Below, one piece after another: positions 51,266-64,000 of a DNA stretch of 64,000 nt. Source of the stretch: Lytechinus pictus. Taxonomy: Eukaryota. The stretch spans positions 11,844,001-11,908,000 of the forward strand of contig NC_087250.1 of NCBI RefSeq assembly GCF_037042905.1, read 5' to 3'. The notes under the pieces were generated by a model. It was not told where the DNA came from. It searched no databases and worked only from the letters and a program-made list of their open reading frames with translations. The translations under genes were made by a program, and so were the position numbers. The first letter of the stretch is position 1, and every line of letters starts with the position of its first letter.

Positions 51266-53370
51266 ATACCCTTCTTTAGTTGTAAAGAACAAGAGAAAGA
51301 AAAAAAATGTACAAGAGTTTCTTTGGCGCAAGTTTTTGCTAATTTTTGAGATTGCACCATGTGCACATCTCAAACTTCAGTGAACCCTAACCTCCACACG
51401 TTGTATTTTCACCATAATATGTTTGAAGTTGTTACTTTGTTTCGTCTGCATTCAATTAAATAATTTTGGTGGTATTCTTGATCAATTTTGACACGATCAT
51501 TTTTTAAGCTTAGAATTACGTCTGATTTCTCAATCAAGGTATTTTATAATCCCATATCATAACTGCTTAAATCAGACCAATATTTTATCAATTTGATTAA
51601 AATAGTGACATTGTTGCGATTAACGAAATTCAAATTTGCGTTTAATGCTTTAATGTGGCACCTTTACCAGGTTGACCTCATGTCAATTAGATTATATTAT
51701 CAATGTCAATTGAGTATGCTATCATATTTTCATTTCTATATCATAGATCTGTCTACCTTAAAGCACACACAGTCTGAGTCAGTCACCGCAGTGTGGTACA
51801 CGATCATACTGTGATAAACTGGAATACGTTTTCACACTCCCGGGGTCCATTGCTTTTAAACGCAAGTCAAAAACTCAATCGCAAGTCCCAAATGCGCGCT
51901 GTTGATTGGTTGAAAATCAAGTTGCGCATAATTTTTTTAAGTTGCGATTGGTTGCAATTCTTTCTGCAACAGGCCCAAGTAGAGAAAACGATTTAAGTTA
52001 TAACCCATAGTGGCCTATCAAAACACGGACTGTGTGACCCATTTCATTGCACTGGAATTGTAGTGTCAAGTAAAGAATGACTGATCAATGTCGTATTTCT
52101 TATTCATAAGTAAGTCATGTAAGTAGTACGTATATATGTGATGTAAAATTCCTAAATAAATAATGGATTGTGGTCTTGAAGTTGAACTGAAAACCTTTGT
52201 CAAAATGGCTTTCTTTATTTTGTGGAAATAATTCCCATTCAAATCAACAACCAGTCGCTATCCGTAATCGATATTCAATATCACGCTTTCTCTAAAACCG
52301 AATGAGGTTTAAAAAAAAAATGACCTCCCTTACCAACGGATGGTGACAATCATACATGTAGAGAACATCAAAATGTGTAGGTAATGTGTTTGTCGCCCTC
52401 TTGAGGGAAACAGGCAAGCTGCTTATAATCAGAAAGATTTATGACTGCAGGATGATCCTTTGCCAATCACGAAGCCTTACAAAAGATAAGGAGGGTTAGA
52501 TCGAGATTCAAGATCAACTCCTGCTATTGCGACAGCCAGGAATTAACGTTAGAGTTAACACCTAATGCTATCTCTGTTCCATGCGTTATTCATGCCACCT
52601 TTGGTAGAGTATTTTGGAGATACCGAATTCATATTACGTCTGGCCTCGCTTATGTTGGAGAAACCCGTGTTTGTTTTTTTTTCTTGCAACGGCGACGCAA
52701 AACAAATTCAAGAATAGAGTCAATGGCAAAACACAGTAAAAAAAAAAAAAACACGTTGTCACGTTGTTTAAGCGTTTCACTCTAACAACAGGTTGTTTAA
52801 ACTTTTTGTAATTTTCAAAACTTTTTAAACAACGTGCTTAAAATTCAAACAGCGTTTTTACAGTGTAAACATGCAGCTTGGGAGGTCTTTGTCGAACATT
52901 GGTTAAACCGGAAGAGCAGTTTCGTTCTCAGTTTCGGAGATGGCGAAATAATTGAAATTTGTCATTTGTCCAGAAAGTGCTGCTTTTATTCACCAAACTT
53001 CGACAAAGGATTCTTGATTGTTGATGTTTTTTTGTGAAGGTATTTGACAATATATTTTCCAGGTTCTTGAAAGCGTTCTTAGTGAATACTCCCCATATTG
53101 TTTTACTTCGGCTTGTTAATATAGTACCGCACCAGTGTGACCTTGCTCCCGAGCATAGCCCCCTCACCGTTTGTCACGTTGCAGACCCGTCGAGCCACCA
53201 GAAACAACCATGCCTCTTAAGAGTTTACCCTTTGAAAAAGTCCAACTACATGTATTTGAACAAAAATACATCATGGGGCTACGTTTTTATCACATATATA
53301 GTTAGGGTTTGGTCCCATCTACCACCATCATGTACACACCCCACACACGTAACATATCACCTCTCACGCA

Positions 53371-55654
53371 TATGGCACGCCCATAGGGAAACAATTAAAC
53401 ATATATTTCACTTGAAAACAGTGGTTCTCTTCCACTAAACCATTTCACTCAAAGAAATATATATTTCACTTTTCCAAAAAATATATTTCACTTTTCAAAA
53501 AATATATATTTCACTTTTCAAAAAATATATTTCACTTTTCAAAAAAAATATATTTCACTTTTCAAAAAAGTATATTTCACTTTTCAAAAAAATATATTTC
53601 ACTTTTCAAATAAATATATTTCACTTTTAAAAATGTATTCCACTTTATCAAAAAAATATATTTCACTTTTCCAAAAAAGTGTATTTCACTTTTCAAAAAA
53701 ATATATTTCACTTATCAAAAAAATATATTTCTCTTTTCAAAAAATACATGTTTCACTTTTTCACAAAAATATAATTCACTTTTCAAAAAAATATATTTCA
53801 CCTTTCAAAAAAAAATATATTTCACTTTTCAAAAATAATATATTTCACTTTTTCAAAAAAATATATTTCACTTTTCAAAAAAATATATTTCACTTAAAAA
53901 AAAAAAAATATATTTCACTTTTCCAAAAAATATATTTCTTTTTTCAAAAACTATATTTCACTTTTCCATAAAAATATGATTCACTTTTCAAAAAAATATA
54001 TTTCACTTTTTCGACGAAGAATCTTTTCAATTGTTACATTTTAATTTTGAGAGAAAACAAATCATTCACTTTTGTTGGATAACATATGTGGCTGCCGTAT
54101 TAGACCGTGCGTAAAATACATCTATCTATCTGTCTATCTACCTACATGATATATATATCTACCTATCTCTCTGCCTATTTTATATCTATCTGTTTAGATC
54201 TTTCTATCTATCTATCCATCTATCTGTCTGTCTATTTATCTATCTATCTGTCGAACTATTTATTTTTCTACCTATCTGTCTAATAATTATCTGTTTAAAT
54301 ATGTCTGTCTATCTATCTACGAATATATATGTCTGTCTGTCGGTCTGTCTCTCTATCTTTCTATCTAATATCTATTCATTTATTTGAATATGTCTGTACA
54401 TTTGTTTATTTATCAATCAATCTATCTATCTTTCTATCTATCTGATGATTTATCTGGCTGTTTAAATGTCTGGATATCTGTCTTTCTATCTATCTGCCTA
54501 TTTATCTTTATCTATCTATCTATCTATCTATCTATCTGCCTAATACATATCTATCTGTTTAAATATGTCTATCTTTCTATCTATCGATCTATCTATCTAT
54601 CCATCTATCTATCCATCTATCTGTCTGTCTTTTTATCTATCTATCTATCTAATATCTATTTATTTCTTTTAATATGTCTGTATATTTGTTTATTCATCAA
54701 TCAATCTATATATCTATCTATCTATCTATCTATCTATCTAATGATTTATCCGGCTGTTTAAATGTCTGTATATCTGTCTTTCTCTTTATCTATCTATCTA
54801 TCTTATGTCTATCTGTTCAAAATATGTATGTCTATCTGTATGTCAATTTTTTATCTTTCAATCTTATATCTATTAATCTGTTTAAATAATCATGTCTGTT
54901 TATTTGACTGTTTATCTATTTAATATGTATCTATCAAATCTGCTTAATATGTTATTCTATCTGTCTATCTATCAATAAATATATCAATATATTTTCTCTC
55001 TATCTATATATCTATCCATCTATTTATCTATCTGCGTATGTACCTATGTATCTATCTGTCTCTGAATATATGTGTATATCAAATATGATATCATAATCAC
55101 CGTTATCATCATCATCATATTTGCCATCAATCATTATCAGCATCATCCTCCTCATCATCGTATTTTTTATCGTCAATCAATATCTATCTAATGTCTATAT
55201 CTGTCTATCTATCTAATACCTATTTATCTGTTTATATCTATCAGACATAATTATTTAAACAAATGAGTGGATATAAGTATGAAAGATAAATAGACAGACA
55301 GATAGACATACATATTTAAACAGAATATAAGAAAGATAGATAAATAGATTGATAGATGGATGGAGAGATAAATGATAGGTGGATAGATTAATAGAAGATA
55401 GATAGATAAATATCAAAAGATAGATAGATATAAACAGATAAATACTATAGTAGGTATATATGGATAGAGAGAAAATAGATCGATATATTTATTGATAGAT
55501 AGATAGAATAACATATTAAACAGATTTAATAGATATTAAATAGATAAACAGACAAATAAACAGACATGATTATTTGCACAGATCAATAGATATTAGATTG
55601 AAAGATAAAAGGTAGACATGCAGATAAACATACATATTTTGAACAGATAGACTT

Positions 55655-55689
<35 letters not shown>

Positions 55690-56320
55690 AGATAAATAGG
55701 CAGAAAGATAGAAATTAAGACAGATATACAGACATTTAAACAGCTGGATAAATCATTAGATAGATAGATAGATTGAATGATAAATAAACATATATACAGA
55801 CATATTAAAAGAAATAAATATATATTAGATAGATAGATAAATAGATAAAGAGACAGACAGATAAATATACAGACATATTTAAACAGATAATTGTGAGACA
55901 GATAGATAGAAAAATAAATAGTTCGACAGATAAATAGATAAATAGGCAGAGAGATAGATAGATAGATATATCATGTAGGTAGATAGATAGATGAATTTTA
56001 CGTACGGTCTAATACGGCAGCAGCATGTGTTATCCAAAAGTGAAAGGATTTGTTTTCTCTCAAAATTAAAATGTAACAAGTGAAATGATTCTTAGTCGAA
56101 AAAAGTGAAAAGTGAAATATATTTTTTATATATTTTTTTGAAAAGTGAAATATATTTTTTTTGAAAAGTGAAATATATTTTTTTGAAAAGTGAAATATAT
56201 ATATTTTGAAAAGTGAAATATATTTATTTAAATTTCTTTGAGTGAAATGGTTTAGTGGAAGAGAAACATATTTTTTCAAGTGAAATATATATTTCATTGT
56301 TTCCCTATGGGCGTGCCATA
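53371..56320. mobile_element. Foldback-type non-autonomous transposon, IS3EU-like ends
   Basis: TIR TATGGCACGCCCATAGGGAAACAAT; 6-bp TSD CACGCA (53365-53370, 56321-56326); kb-long inverted arms built of a ~21-bp minisatellite and (TATC)n. Confidence 0.8.
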
Positions 56321-56914
56321 CACGCACACAGACATCCTTTGATACACCCTGCCACACCCGCACACACACATACACCATCACTAAAACCTACACACTTCAT
56401 ATAGCAGCGTTTACATTTTCCCATTTCCCCCTTATGTCATTGGTATAGTTTTTCGCTGATCATAATGGACAACTGTCCTATTGTTGTACCTAAACCTTCA
56501 GAATGGCTTGCCTGAGTTCGAAGCGGTTAGTGTGTATGTTTAGCCCTTCCCAAGTGTAAGGGGATTTGTGTGTGTGTGGATGGCGATGCGTGTTGGGGGA
56601 AGGTGATGTGTTATGTGTGTGGATGTGGAGACGAGGGTGTGCGTGTGTGTGTTTGTGAGGGTGTGTGTGTATGTGCGTGTGGTAGGTGTCTTTCTGCCTG
56701 CATACAATACATTTTTCACCCTTTGCTTAATTCTTTAGCCATCAACCTTGGCGTAGCTTAGATCTTACCACCCTCTTGAGATCATGCGTGCAAAGATCCA
56801 TATGAAATTGGTACCAGAATATACAGGGAGAAGATTCTAGGAGGGCATATCGATACATCAATAGATGACACATTTTTTTCTGACACACTCTGTAGGATTA
56901 TAGGATTATATTTT

Positions 56915-57610
56915 AATTAATTCTTAAAATGATTTTACTATACTCATGTCGTCTTCCGTAAACTTACATTAGAACATAATGCAACCCCCCCCCCACCCCC
57001 CCCAAAAAAAAAGAGCCCTCCACCAGCTGTGAATTAAAATAAGAAGACATACTGAAATAAATCATAATTATCATTTAAGTTGAATTATATTTCCTCTCCT
57101 ATAACTATTTTAAGAGCAAATTGTAAATAGGGATAGACAAACTTTCGGTTGATCCCAGAGTGGTATATAAAGGAATGATTTGAACGTATTATTTGTTCTT
57201 TTTTATTTTTTTTCTAACAATTATATGCCTTTGTTGTTTTGTTCAGGAGCATCAACTAGTTTTGAGTATCATGAACGCAAATTTCTGACTATAGAATGGC
57301 ACGACTGTATTTGAAATAATTCTTAAAATTGTTTTAGTCTTCAGTAGTCTTTGTATGCATTACAACAGAATAAAAAATCACGATTGTAATTCCTCCACCA
57401 GCAGTAAATTAAAAAGAAGAAGAAATACTTAAATAAATCAAAATCAACGTTATAGTTGAATTATATTTGCTATAATATGACTCTTTTAAGAGCATATTAT
57501 TAAGGAGAATTTCCGTGCTTGTTTGTGATGGCAGAGTGGTATATACGGAGAATGACATCGGCGGATTTTTTTTTCAATCGTTATTTTCTGTATTTGTTGT
57601 TTAGGAGCGG
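56915..57610. repeat. Diverged two-copy tandem duplication, ~375-400 bp unit
   Basis: Colinear motifs CCTCCACCAGC, GTTGAATTATATTT, TTTTAAGAGCA, CAGAGTGGTATATA and AGGAGC each occur twice. Confidence 0.75.
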
Positions 57611-57760
57611 TAGACAGTATTGATCTTTTCCTATTTCATTGAAGGAACTTTTGAAATGTTAATGCTTGACCTTTGACCTTGCGCACAAGGGTGTCAAGAA
57701 GCGCGCTAATCCACTTGACGTAACTCCGAATATGAATTCCACTCTGGCCATTAATCGCTT

Positions 57761-57915
57761 CTAAATCCCTTCCAGGGAGGCAGTTGGGACTCGCTTGTAG
57801 CTGATGTCGGTTGGACGACGGATTAGCTTGACCACGCCCATCAGGGTTGCTACGGCAACCACGGTTGCGACCATTCCAATTAGGAACATCTCAAACGAAT
57901 TGTAGGCAGACAGAT
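57761..57915 (-). CDS. ZP-domain protein terminal exon: transmembrane helix and short tail (MFLIGMVATVVAVATLMGVV KLIRRPTDISYKRVPTASLEGI*)
   Basis: tttcatttctataccatag acceptor; phase 1 matches the upstream exon; hydrophobic helix followed by basic residues. Confidence 0.85.
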
Positions 57916-58037
57916 CTATGGTATAGAAATGAAAATATGATAGCATACTCAATTGATATTGAAAATATAACCTAAACTCTCTTCTGATGTTGATAGGGCA
58001 TGCAAGTTATGTTTAATGCTTCCGGGCCACTTCCTTC

Positions 58038-58603
58038 TTTCCCGTCGACATTTTCTACACTCAAAAAACAGTTTACCCAATATTGGATAAAATGGGAACA
58101 TGTATGCTTGCTGGGTAAAATGATACCAAATAATTTGTAAATTGTGTTGGGGTTGTGTGAATCACCGGCTAAAGGATAATACGTTGAGCCGAGAGCATTT
58201 ATGCGACACTTTCATGAATAGAATGCAATGAAATTCCTGTAAAAGCCCACATTGCTTTTTAACATTGATTTTTGCATTAGAGTTATTTTTCCATATCCTC
58301 AAATAATGTGGTTTTGTGATATTTTTTCTTTTTCACAGACAAATGTCAAACCGGTATAGTAATTTTTGTACGCGTTACTAAGAGTGCTCATAAATACCTT
58401 CACTCCAAAAAAGATTGAGTAAACATTTATCCAATATTGGGTAGAGAGGGAACATGCATGTTTATTATTTGGCAAAATACATGGTTTAAGGGTAAATTTC
58501 AACACGACATTGCGTAAAATTTACAAAGTTTTTGGTATCATTTTACCCAGCAAACATGCTTGTTCTCATTTTACCCAGTATCGGTTAAAATGTTTTTAGA
58601 GTG
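58038..58603. mobile_element. CACT-ended MITE
   Basis: CACTCAAAAAACA...TGTTTTTAGAGTG; TA flanks; inverted TTACCCA/TGGGTAA subterminal motifs. Confidence 0.7.
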
Positions 58604-59109
58604 TAACCATGGTAACGAGGTATTGATATTTTTATGAGACTCTCACTGCCTATTCATAGAGGCCTTCAACCAACAGGTTCTGGTTTTACTTTTGGTTTCC
58701 TTATATCTACATGTCTCATATTCTTTTTGTTTAGTCATTATTTTAGTACCAACTACAAGAATTATTTCTAGTATTATTTTTCTTTTATTGTTTACTTGTG
58801 TATACATTCATATTTTACACTGATATTTATTCATGCCTTTTCTATGAAGATCTCTATCGTCTGTTATTATTTGCATTGAGTTGTTGATACTTAGAAATGT
58901 GAACTGTTGATATGAATAAACCTTGAACCTTCAAATTGTTTGATCTGAAACCTGAATAGAAATGTTCACTCGCGGGACCTAAGCATTAATATCAATTATT
59001 TCATATTTTTCTCGAGAAAAATATGTGTGTGGGGGAGGGGGTCGAGGTGTTCGTACACGCCCGTCCCACCCCTATCCTTTCTGAAAAGAAGGGGGTTATT
59101 TTGATATAT

Positions 59110-59582
59110 AGTGAGTGATTGTATTACCGACCGGCCTTGTATTACCGAACGCGCGCATCATACGCATCAGAAAATAATTTTACGCTCAAAATTTTGCAAC
59201 ATCCTTCCAAAGAGAACTTGAATAGAAAGATGATGAAAAATTGTAAAAAAAACAATTTTCAATGTCTTAATATTCTTAAAATAATCAAATATGGTCAAAA
59301 TAGCTCATCAGTGATTTTGTTGTTTTCTCAACTTTTCCCATAGATAACACACGTTCGGTAATACGATACCTTTTTCAAGTGACCCAAATATTTCACATGC
59401 GAAGAGGGGTCCGATTGGAAGCTAATATCGTAAAAAGGAAAAACGATTTCGGCAAAATGTTTACATATTGATATTTTGTAGTTAATTGTGTATTTATGGT
59501 GAAAGTTTGGTGAATTTCATGAAAATAATGTGTTTGATATGATTGAATTCATGAAAAGTGTTCGGTAATACGATCCACTACC
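59110..59582. mobile_element. Probable MITE
   Basis: Inverted terminal motifs GTATTACCGA / TCGGTAATAC, each repeated. Confidence 0.5.
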
Positions 59583-59932
59583 ATATAGCTCATAGCAAGT
59601 TTTTTTTCTTTCATTTCATTTCATTTCGTTTATTTCCATTTTCAACAATTACAGTTTATTTTGTACATTTTAACATATAAATAACAAAACATATTTCAAG
59701 TATTTCTGTACAAAAATTATATTCAAGATTATTACATATCAGGTTGGAAATGGAGGAGACTGCTAAAAAGCGGAGCTTGTAGAGTGCAGCCTCCTAATAA
59801 ATATTCTTGCAGTTGCATAACATATAAAAATCAAAATAACAACTAGAGCATGAACCAGTTAAGTTAAAAGGAAATAGGGGAAATTAAAATATAAAAGGAA
59901 ATAAGAAAAAAAGAAAAGTTTTTTTTTCTTAC

Positions 59933-60107
59933 CATTAGTAGCCATATCGTTGGTTTGGCGGCGGACACGAATCGGCGCACTACTGATCGTTTGAGTGGAC
60001 AGGAATGAAGAAGATCGACGACGGCGTACTGGAGAGGTACCGGAGCACTCTCGATTCATAATGGCCTCGTCATTTCCACACACCATCACTTCACAGTGAA
60101 TGTATAC
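59933..60107 (-). CDS. ZP-domain protein exon: end of ZP-C, furin site and external hydrophobic patch (VYIHCEVMVC...C...RRRRS...TISSAPIRV)
   Basis: ttttacag/gtaaga; 175 bp; phase 0->1; VYIHC.V.VC is the typical ZP-C ending; upstream exons lie beyond the window. Confidence 0.88.
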
Positions 60108-61392
60108 CTGTAAAATAAATTGATTCTGGAGTGACTTGAAAGTAATAATCAGTCATGTATCTGAGGGAGCTAGGACCTTTTGGGGCAGGATGCGTTAACT
60201 TTTTTTTTTCGCAAAAAAAATCAAAGCGAGAGAGCGAAGCGACCGAGCTTATCATCTGGACGCTTTTCCATTTTTTAAAGTAAAAATTAACGATTTCGTG
60301 CGTACTTTTGCAGAATTTTCTGAAGATTATCGGTAAAAATATTCATTGTTACCCAAAATCTCGCACGGCCATGGGGGGGGGGGGGGAAGGAGAGGAAGGG
60401 ATGGTGAAGAAAAAATACAAAAGGCAAAGAAGATGAAAATGAAGAAAACATAACATCTCCGTAGGATTCTGCCCCCTCCCCCATAATAAACTGAAGTTAT
60501 TTTATCCAAAAACGTCGCAATTATGCTAATATATGACAGATTTTTTTAAAGCTCTATTGCGTTCGTTGCTCTCATGATTCTTCGAAGAATGACAATTTCA
60601 ATCCCTTTTGTATACCTTAGAGTATAGCAATTGATGGCACCAGGATTTTTTAAAACTAGGGAGCAAGCGGGGACCACGGTTGAATTTATTTTTAATATTA
60701 GGCCATACTGACTTGAAAATTTTTCTTTTTATGGAATGTTGCAGTGACTCGGGAACGTACCTCAAGGATTCTGCCCCCCCCCCCATCAAAAACTAAAGAT
60801 AACGCTTCCAAGATGGTCGTAATATAGATATGGGAGCTTTTCGTTCCTCTCATGATTCTTCGAAGAATGATGTATTATCATGCTCTTTTTATACCTATGA
60901 GTATAGCCAGTGGCGGCACCTGGTATTTTTTTAAACTAGAGGGGCAAGCGGGGGACAAATTATTCTGCCTGTTTCAGAAAATCGAACGCGAAGTGCGATT
61001 TAAATTTTTAATATAGGCCCTACTAACTTGAAACGGACCTGTTAAGGACTGTTTGCATTGACTCGTGTACATATTTTACCACATAAAAAATGCAAGCGCG
61101 AAGGGCGAACTGAAAATTTTCAATATCCTGAGAAGATAAATAGACGTTATAAGCATTTTTTTGTAAAGATGAAAACTATTGATGCGCGAGCTGAAGTTCT
61201 TATTTTTAGCACTTTAAACATGAAGGATGCGTATCTCGCTGAAATAATGAAAACTAGAATCATGAGAAAAACCATTGCGTATTGACTTCAACACTCGATT
61301 TTTAGACCCATGTTTTGCTATCAACCAGATCATATATTCATCTCAATCAACAGCCACCGCGAGCGCGAGCGAAAATTTGAATTTTATAGAAT

Positions 61393-63975
61393 CATAGGCG
61401 GATCGAGGTGGGGGCCCGAGGGGCCCAGCTCCCCCCCCCCCCTCCCCCTATTGGCGGAGCAAAAAAAAAAAGGGAAAGAAAGAAAAAAAGGAGAGGAAGA
61501 AGACGAGTGAATAAAATAAGATGAGAGGAAAACTTGGGGAAAAAAATATTTCATGTCACTATATAAAATTTTCGCTCGCGCTTCGCGCTCGCATTGCCTG
61601 TTAATTTATTGGTATTGGTATTGGTATTGGTATTTATTTTCCATATCACAATGTTAAAAACAATACAAGGTAAATGTATGTACATAATAAAATCAAAAGT
61701 ATAGTGAGATGGCTGGATAAACCCACTCAGCTTTGTTAATATAACAAAACTGTTCTTCCCTGGGGTCCAGAGAATATGTAACAACAGTTACTGTACATGA
61801 CATAAAATAGAATTATACATTAGAAATAATTGAGCTAAACAATAATGAAAAACAACAAAAAGAATGCAAGAGAATACATATATACCCTAACGCGACCCCC
61901 CACCCACCCACTTGTAGCTAGTATTCCTTTTAAAGGTCAGGGCAAGACTGAATTATCTGATTTAGATTTTTATAAAAAGAAAATAGGCTATTTAATAATT
62001 TTATTGTAGATGGTAGATCATTATATTCTCGTGATCCTCTATATAAGAACGTTCTTCGACAGCTTTTACTCTTGGGTTTGGGAATTTTAATATTTCCTTG
62101 CGATCGGAGAGAATACGAATAATTACAATATTGGAAAGACTCTTCTAAGTAATTCACATACCTTGTTCAACATGGAGCTTAAATATCAAGTTTGGAATTA
62201 AATAAACAAAACATATTTCTCCTCGGAAACCGAACTTTCATTAATTTGTGTGATTTACAAATTGATTTTTTAACAGTGCTCTGTAAAAATGTCAGTTTTA
62301 TGGTTTGAATATATACATTTTCTGCTCGCGCTGCGCGCTCGCGAATTTTTATTTATCAGGTACCTATTATTTTCATGTATTCCATAAAGTTTTTAAAATA
62401 TCCCTTTTCAGGTCTGATTGCCAAAACGTATCTGCTAGCGCTGCCATGCTTGCATTTTGATTGGCTGGTTATGATGTATCAATATTGATTATGTAACAAA
62501 CTACTTAAAATCCCCTTTTCATGACAGTTTATCAAAAATTTCGGCTCGCGATTTGCGCTCGCATTAATGGTTAAAAATATATCAACTGATTACTCATGCA
62601 TCCTATTCATAATAAAAAAAGTGCTTGAAATGTACAGTGTTTAGGCCATAATATCATCAGATTCCGCGCCCTCATTATGCATTGATAAATAAAATATCAA
62701 TTTAATCATTAAATTGTCCCTTTTGTTTAATCTCGCGCTTAGCAAGATGAATAGGAAGATATATAGTCATCATATTCATATGATAACATGTCCTAAGGAT
62801 GTCACGGTCCTATGTCTCAAACTCAAAGTAATAATGAAATATATCAGCTCTTTATTAAGTGCGATTTATATCCACCTTACAATTTTCCTACAAAGTGTTT
62901 GAAATATAAAGCTGAAATTGACCCCCTTTTTCAGATCGGAATATCAAATATTTTAAGCTCGCGCTTCACGCGCGCTTTAATTTTCATGATAAAAGATGCA
63001 TTCAAAAATCTGAAACACTACACGCGCGCGCATGGTCATTCAGTTATCCAATTTCAGATCACAATGTCAAACATTTTCTGATCGCCCTTTGTGCTCGAAT
63101 TATTAATGTAGGAAGATCCCCCCTTTCTCATCCCTTTCATGATTTACAAAACATGAATAGTGTCCCGTTCTAGGTCTAAATCTCGAATCTTTCCGCTCGC
63201 GCCTCGCGCTCGCATTATTTTATTGTTGAAATATGTAACGTCTTCATGGCTAAGTGCAAGCAGTCCTCAAAAGGCACTTTTCGATAAGTTTAAAACGTAT
63301 GCAAATATTTTCTGCTCGCGCTTTGCGCTCGCATTATTAATGTAGGAAGATCCCCCTTACTCATCCTTTTCATGATTTACAAAACATGAATAGAGTGTCC
63401 CGTACTAGGTCTAAAACTATAATTTTTCCGCTCGCGCTTCGCGCTCGCGTCAATTGTTTAGTTATAAAGCTATCCTGTTCATGATTACGAATATTGATTA
63501 AAATGTTCCTTTCTTTATGTAGAAATGTCAATTTTTTCAGCTCGCGCTTCGCGCTCGCATTATTCGATTGATGAAATATGTAACGTCTTCATGGCTAGCT
63601 GCAAGCAGTCCTTAACAGGTAGGCCTACCTTTCCGATCAGTTCAAAACGTGTATCAAAAATTTCTGCTCGCGCTTCGAGTTCGTAGTTATTATTGCAGGC
63701 ACATCTTTTTTTCAGAATGTTCAAATTTTAGGAAAAAATACATACAATTTCAAAAAAAGTTTGCTCGCGCTTCACGCTCGCATTATAAAATAAGGATTAT
63801 GATATTATATATTTATCTTGATTTAAAGAATAAAGCTAAGAAGTGACTTGTAGGACTACCCCCTTCAAAGGAACAAACAAAAATTCATCTTCGAGCGGCC
63901 GATCGGGGAAAATATGGCTGCAAAAAAAAAATCCGGGCCCCCCCCCCTATTGGCGAAGGCTTGATCCTCCCCTGT
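61393..63975. mobile_element. Large non-autonomous TIR element with many GCTCGCGCTTCGCGCTCGC hairpin subrepeats
   Basis: CATAGGCGGATC...GATCCTCCCCTG imperfect ends; recurring ~100-120 bp modules; related sequence at 60150-61390 and 43787-44880. Confidence 0.6.
61607..62158 (-). mobile_element. 5'-truncated CR1/L2-like LINE 3' end
   Basis: ORF 61930-62157 YSLRS...IPKPK...RRTFLYRG...YNDLP..IK...SL.SF resembles the ORF2 C-terminus; (AATACC)n tail; short TAATT duplication. Confidence 0.8.
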
Positions 63976-64000
63976 ATAATGACCTGAAAATTTTATTGTT

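Noticed and set aside
53633..56381. Repetitive ORFs (KKYISLF, YLSI) and a CRISPR-like periodic array
   Set aside because: Minisatellite and TATC repeats with no unique spacers and no cas genes; eukaryotic context
4123..58603. CAC-starting TIRs as RAG/Transib recombination-signal-like ends
   Set aside because: Ends are CACT with 2-bp duplications, not 5-bp TSDs with heptamer-spacer-nonamer; no RAG-like coding sequence seen

Overview
AT-rich, intron-rich animal genomic DNA, not prokaryotic. The repeat spectrum and protein families suggest an echinoderm, probably a sea urchin (inference). Most ORFs in the supplied track are spurious. Reading GT-AG splice sites by hand gives three spliced genes. 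(1) A minus-strand ZU5-UPA gene (~27200->8882) whose intact half has two tandem death-domain exons sitting inside the ZU5 fold; its upstream ZU5-UPA repeat is decayed and interrupted by a MITE. (2) A plus-strand Cys-rich/EGF-EGF/C-type-lectin-domain gene (~34850-51265) with an unresolved 5' end. (3) The last two coding exons of a minus-strand ZP-domain membrane protein (60107->57761). The introns hold many DNA-transposon derivatives (Harbinger-, Kolobok-, CACTA-, hAT- and IS3EU-like), tRNA-derived SINEs, a LINE 3' end and a Penelope-like relic. The last lectin intron carries a ~400-bp tandem repeat between (TA)n tracts. Each unit contains a fully foldable tRNA-like gene with a UCA (UGA-reading) anticodon and a Pol III terminator. 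All exon coordinates were derived manually and need RNA-seq confirmation.
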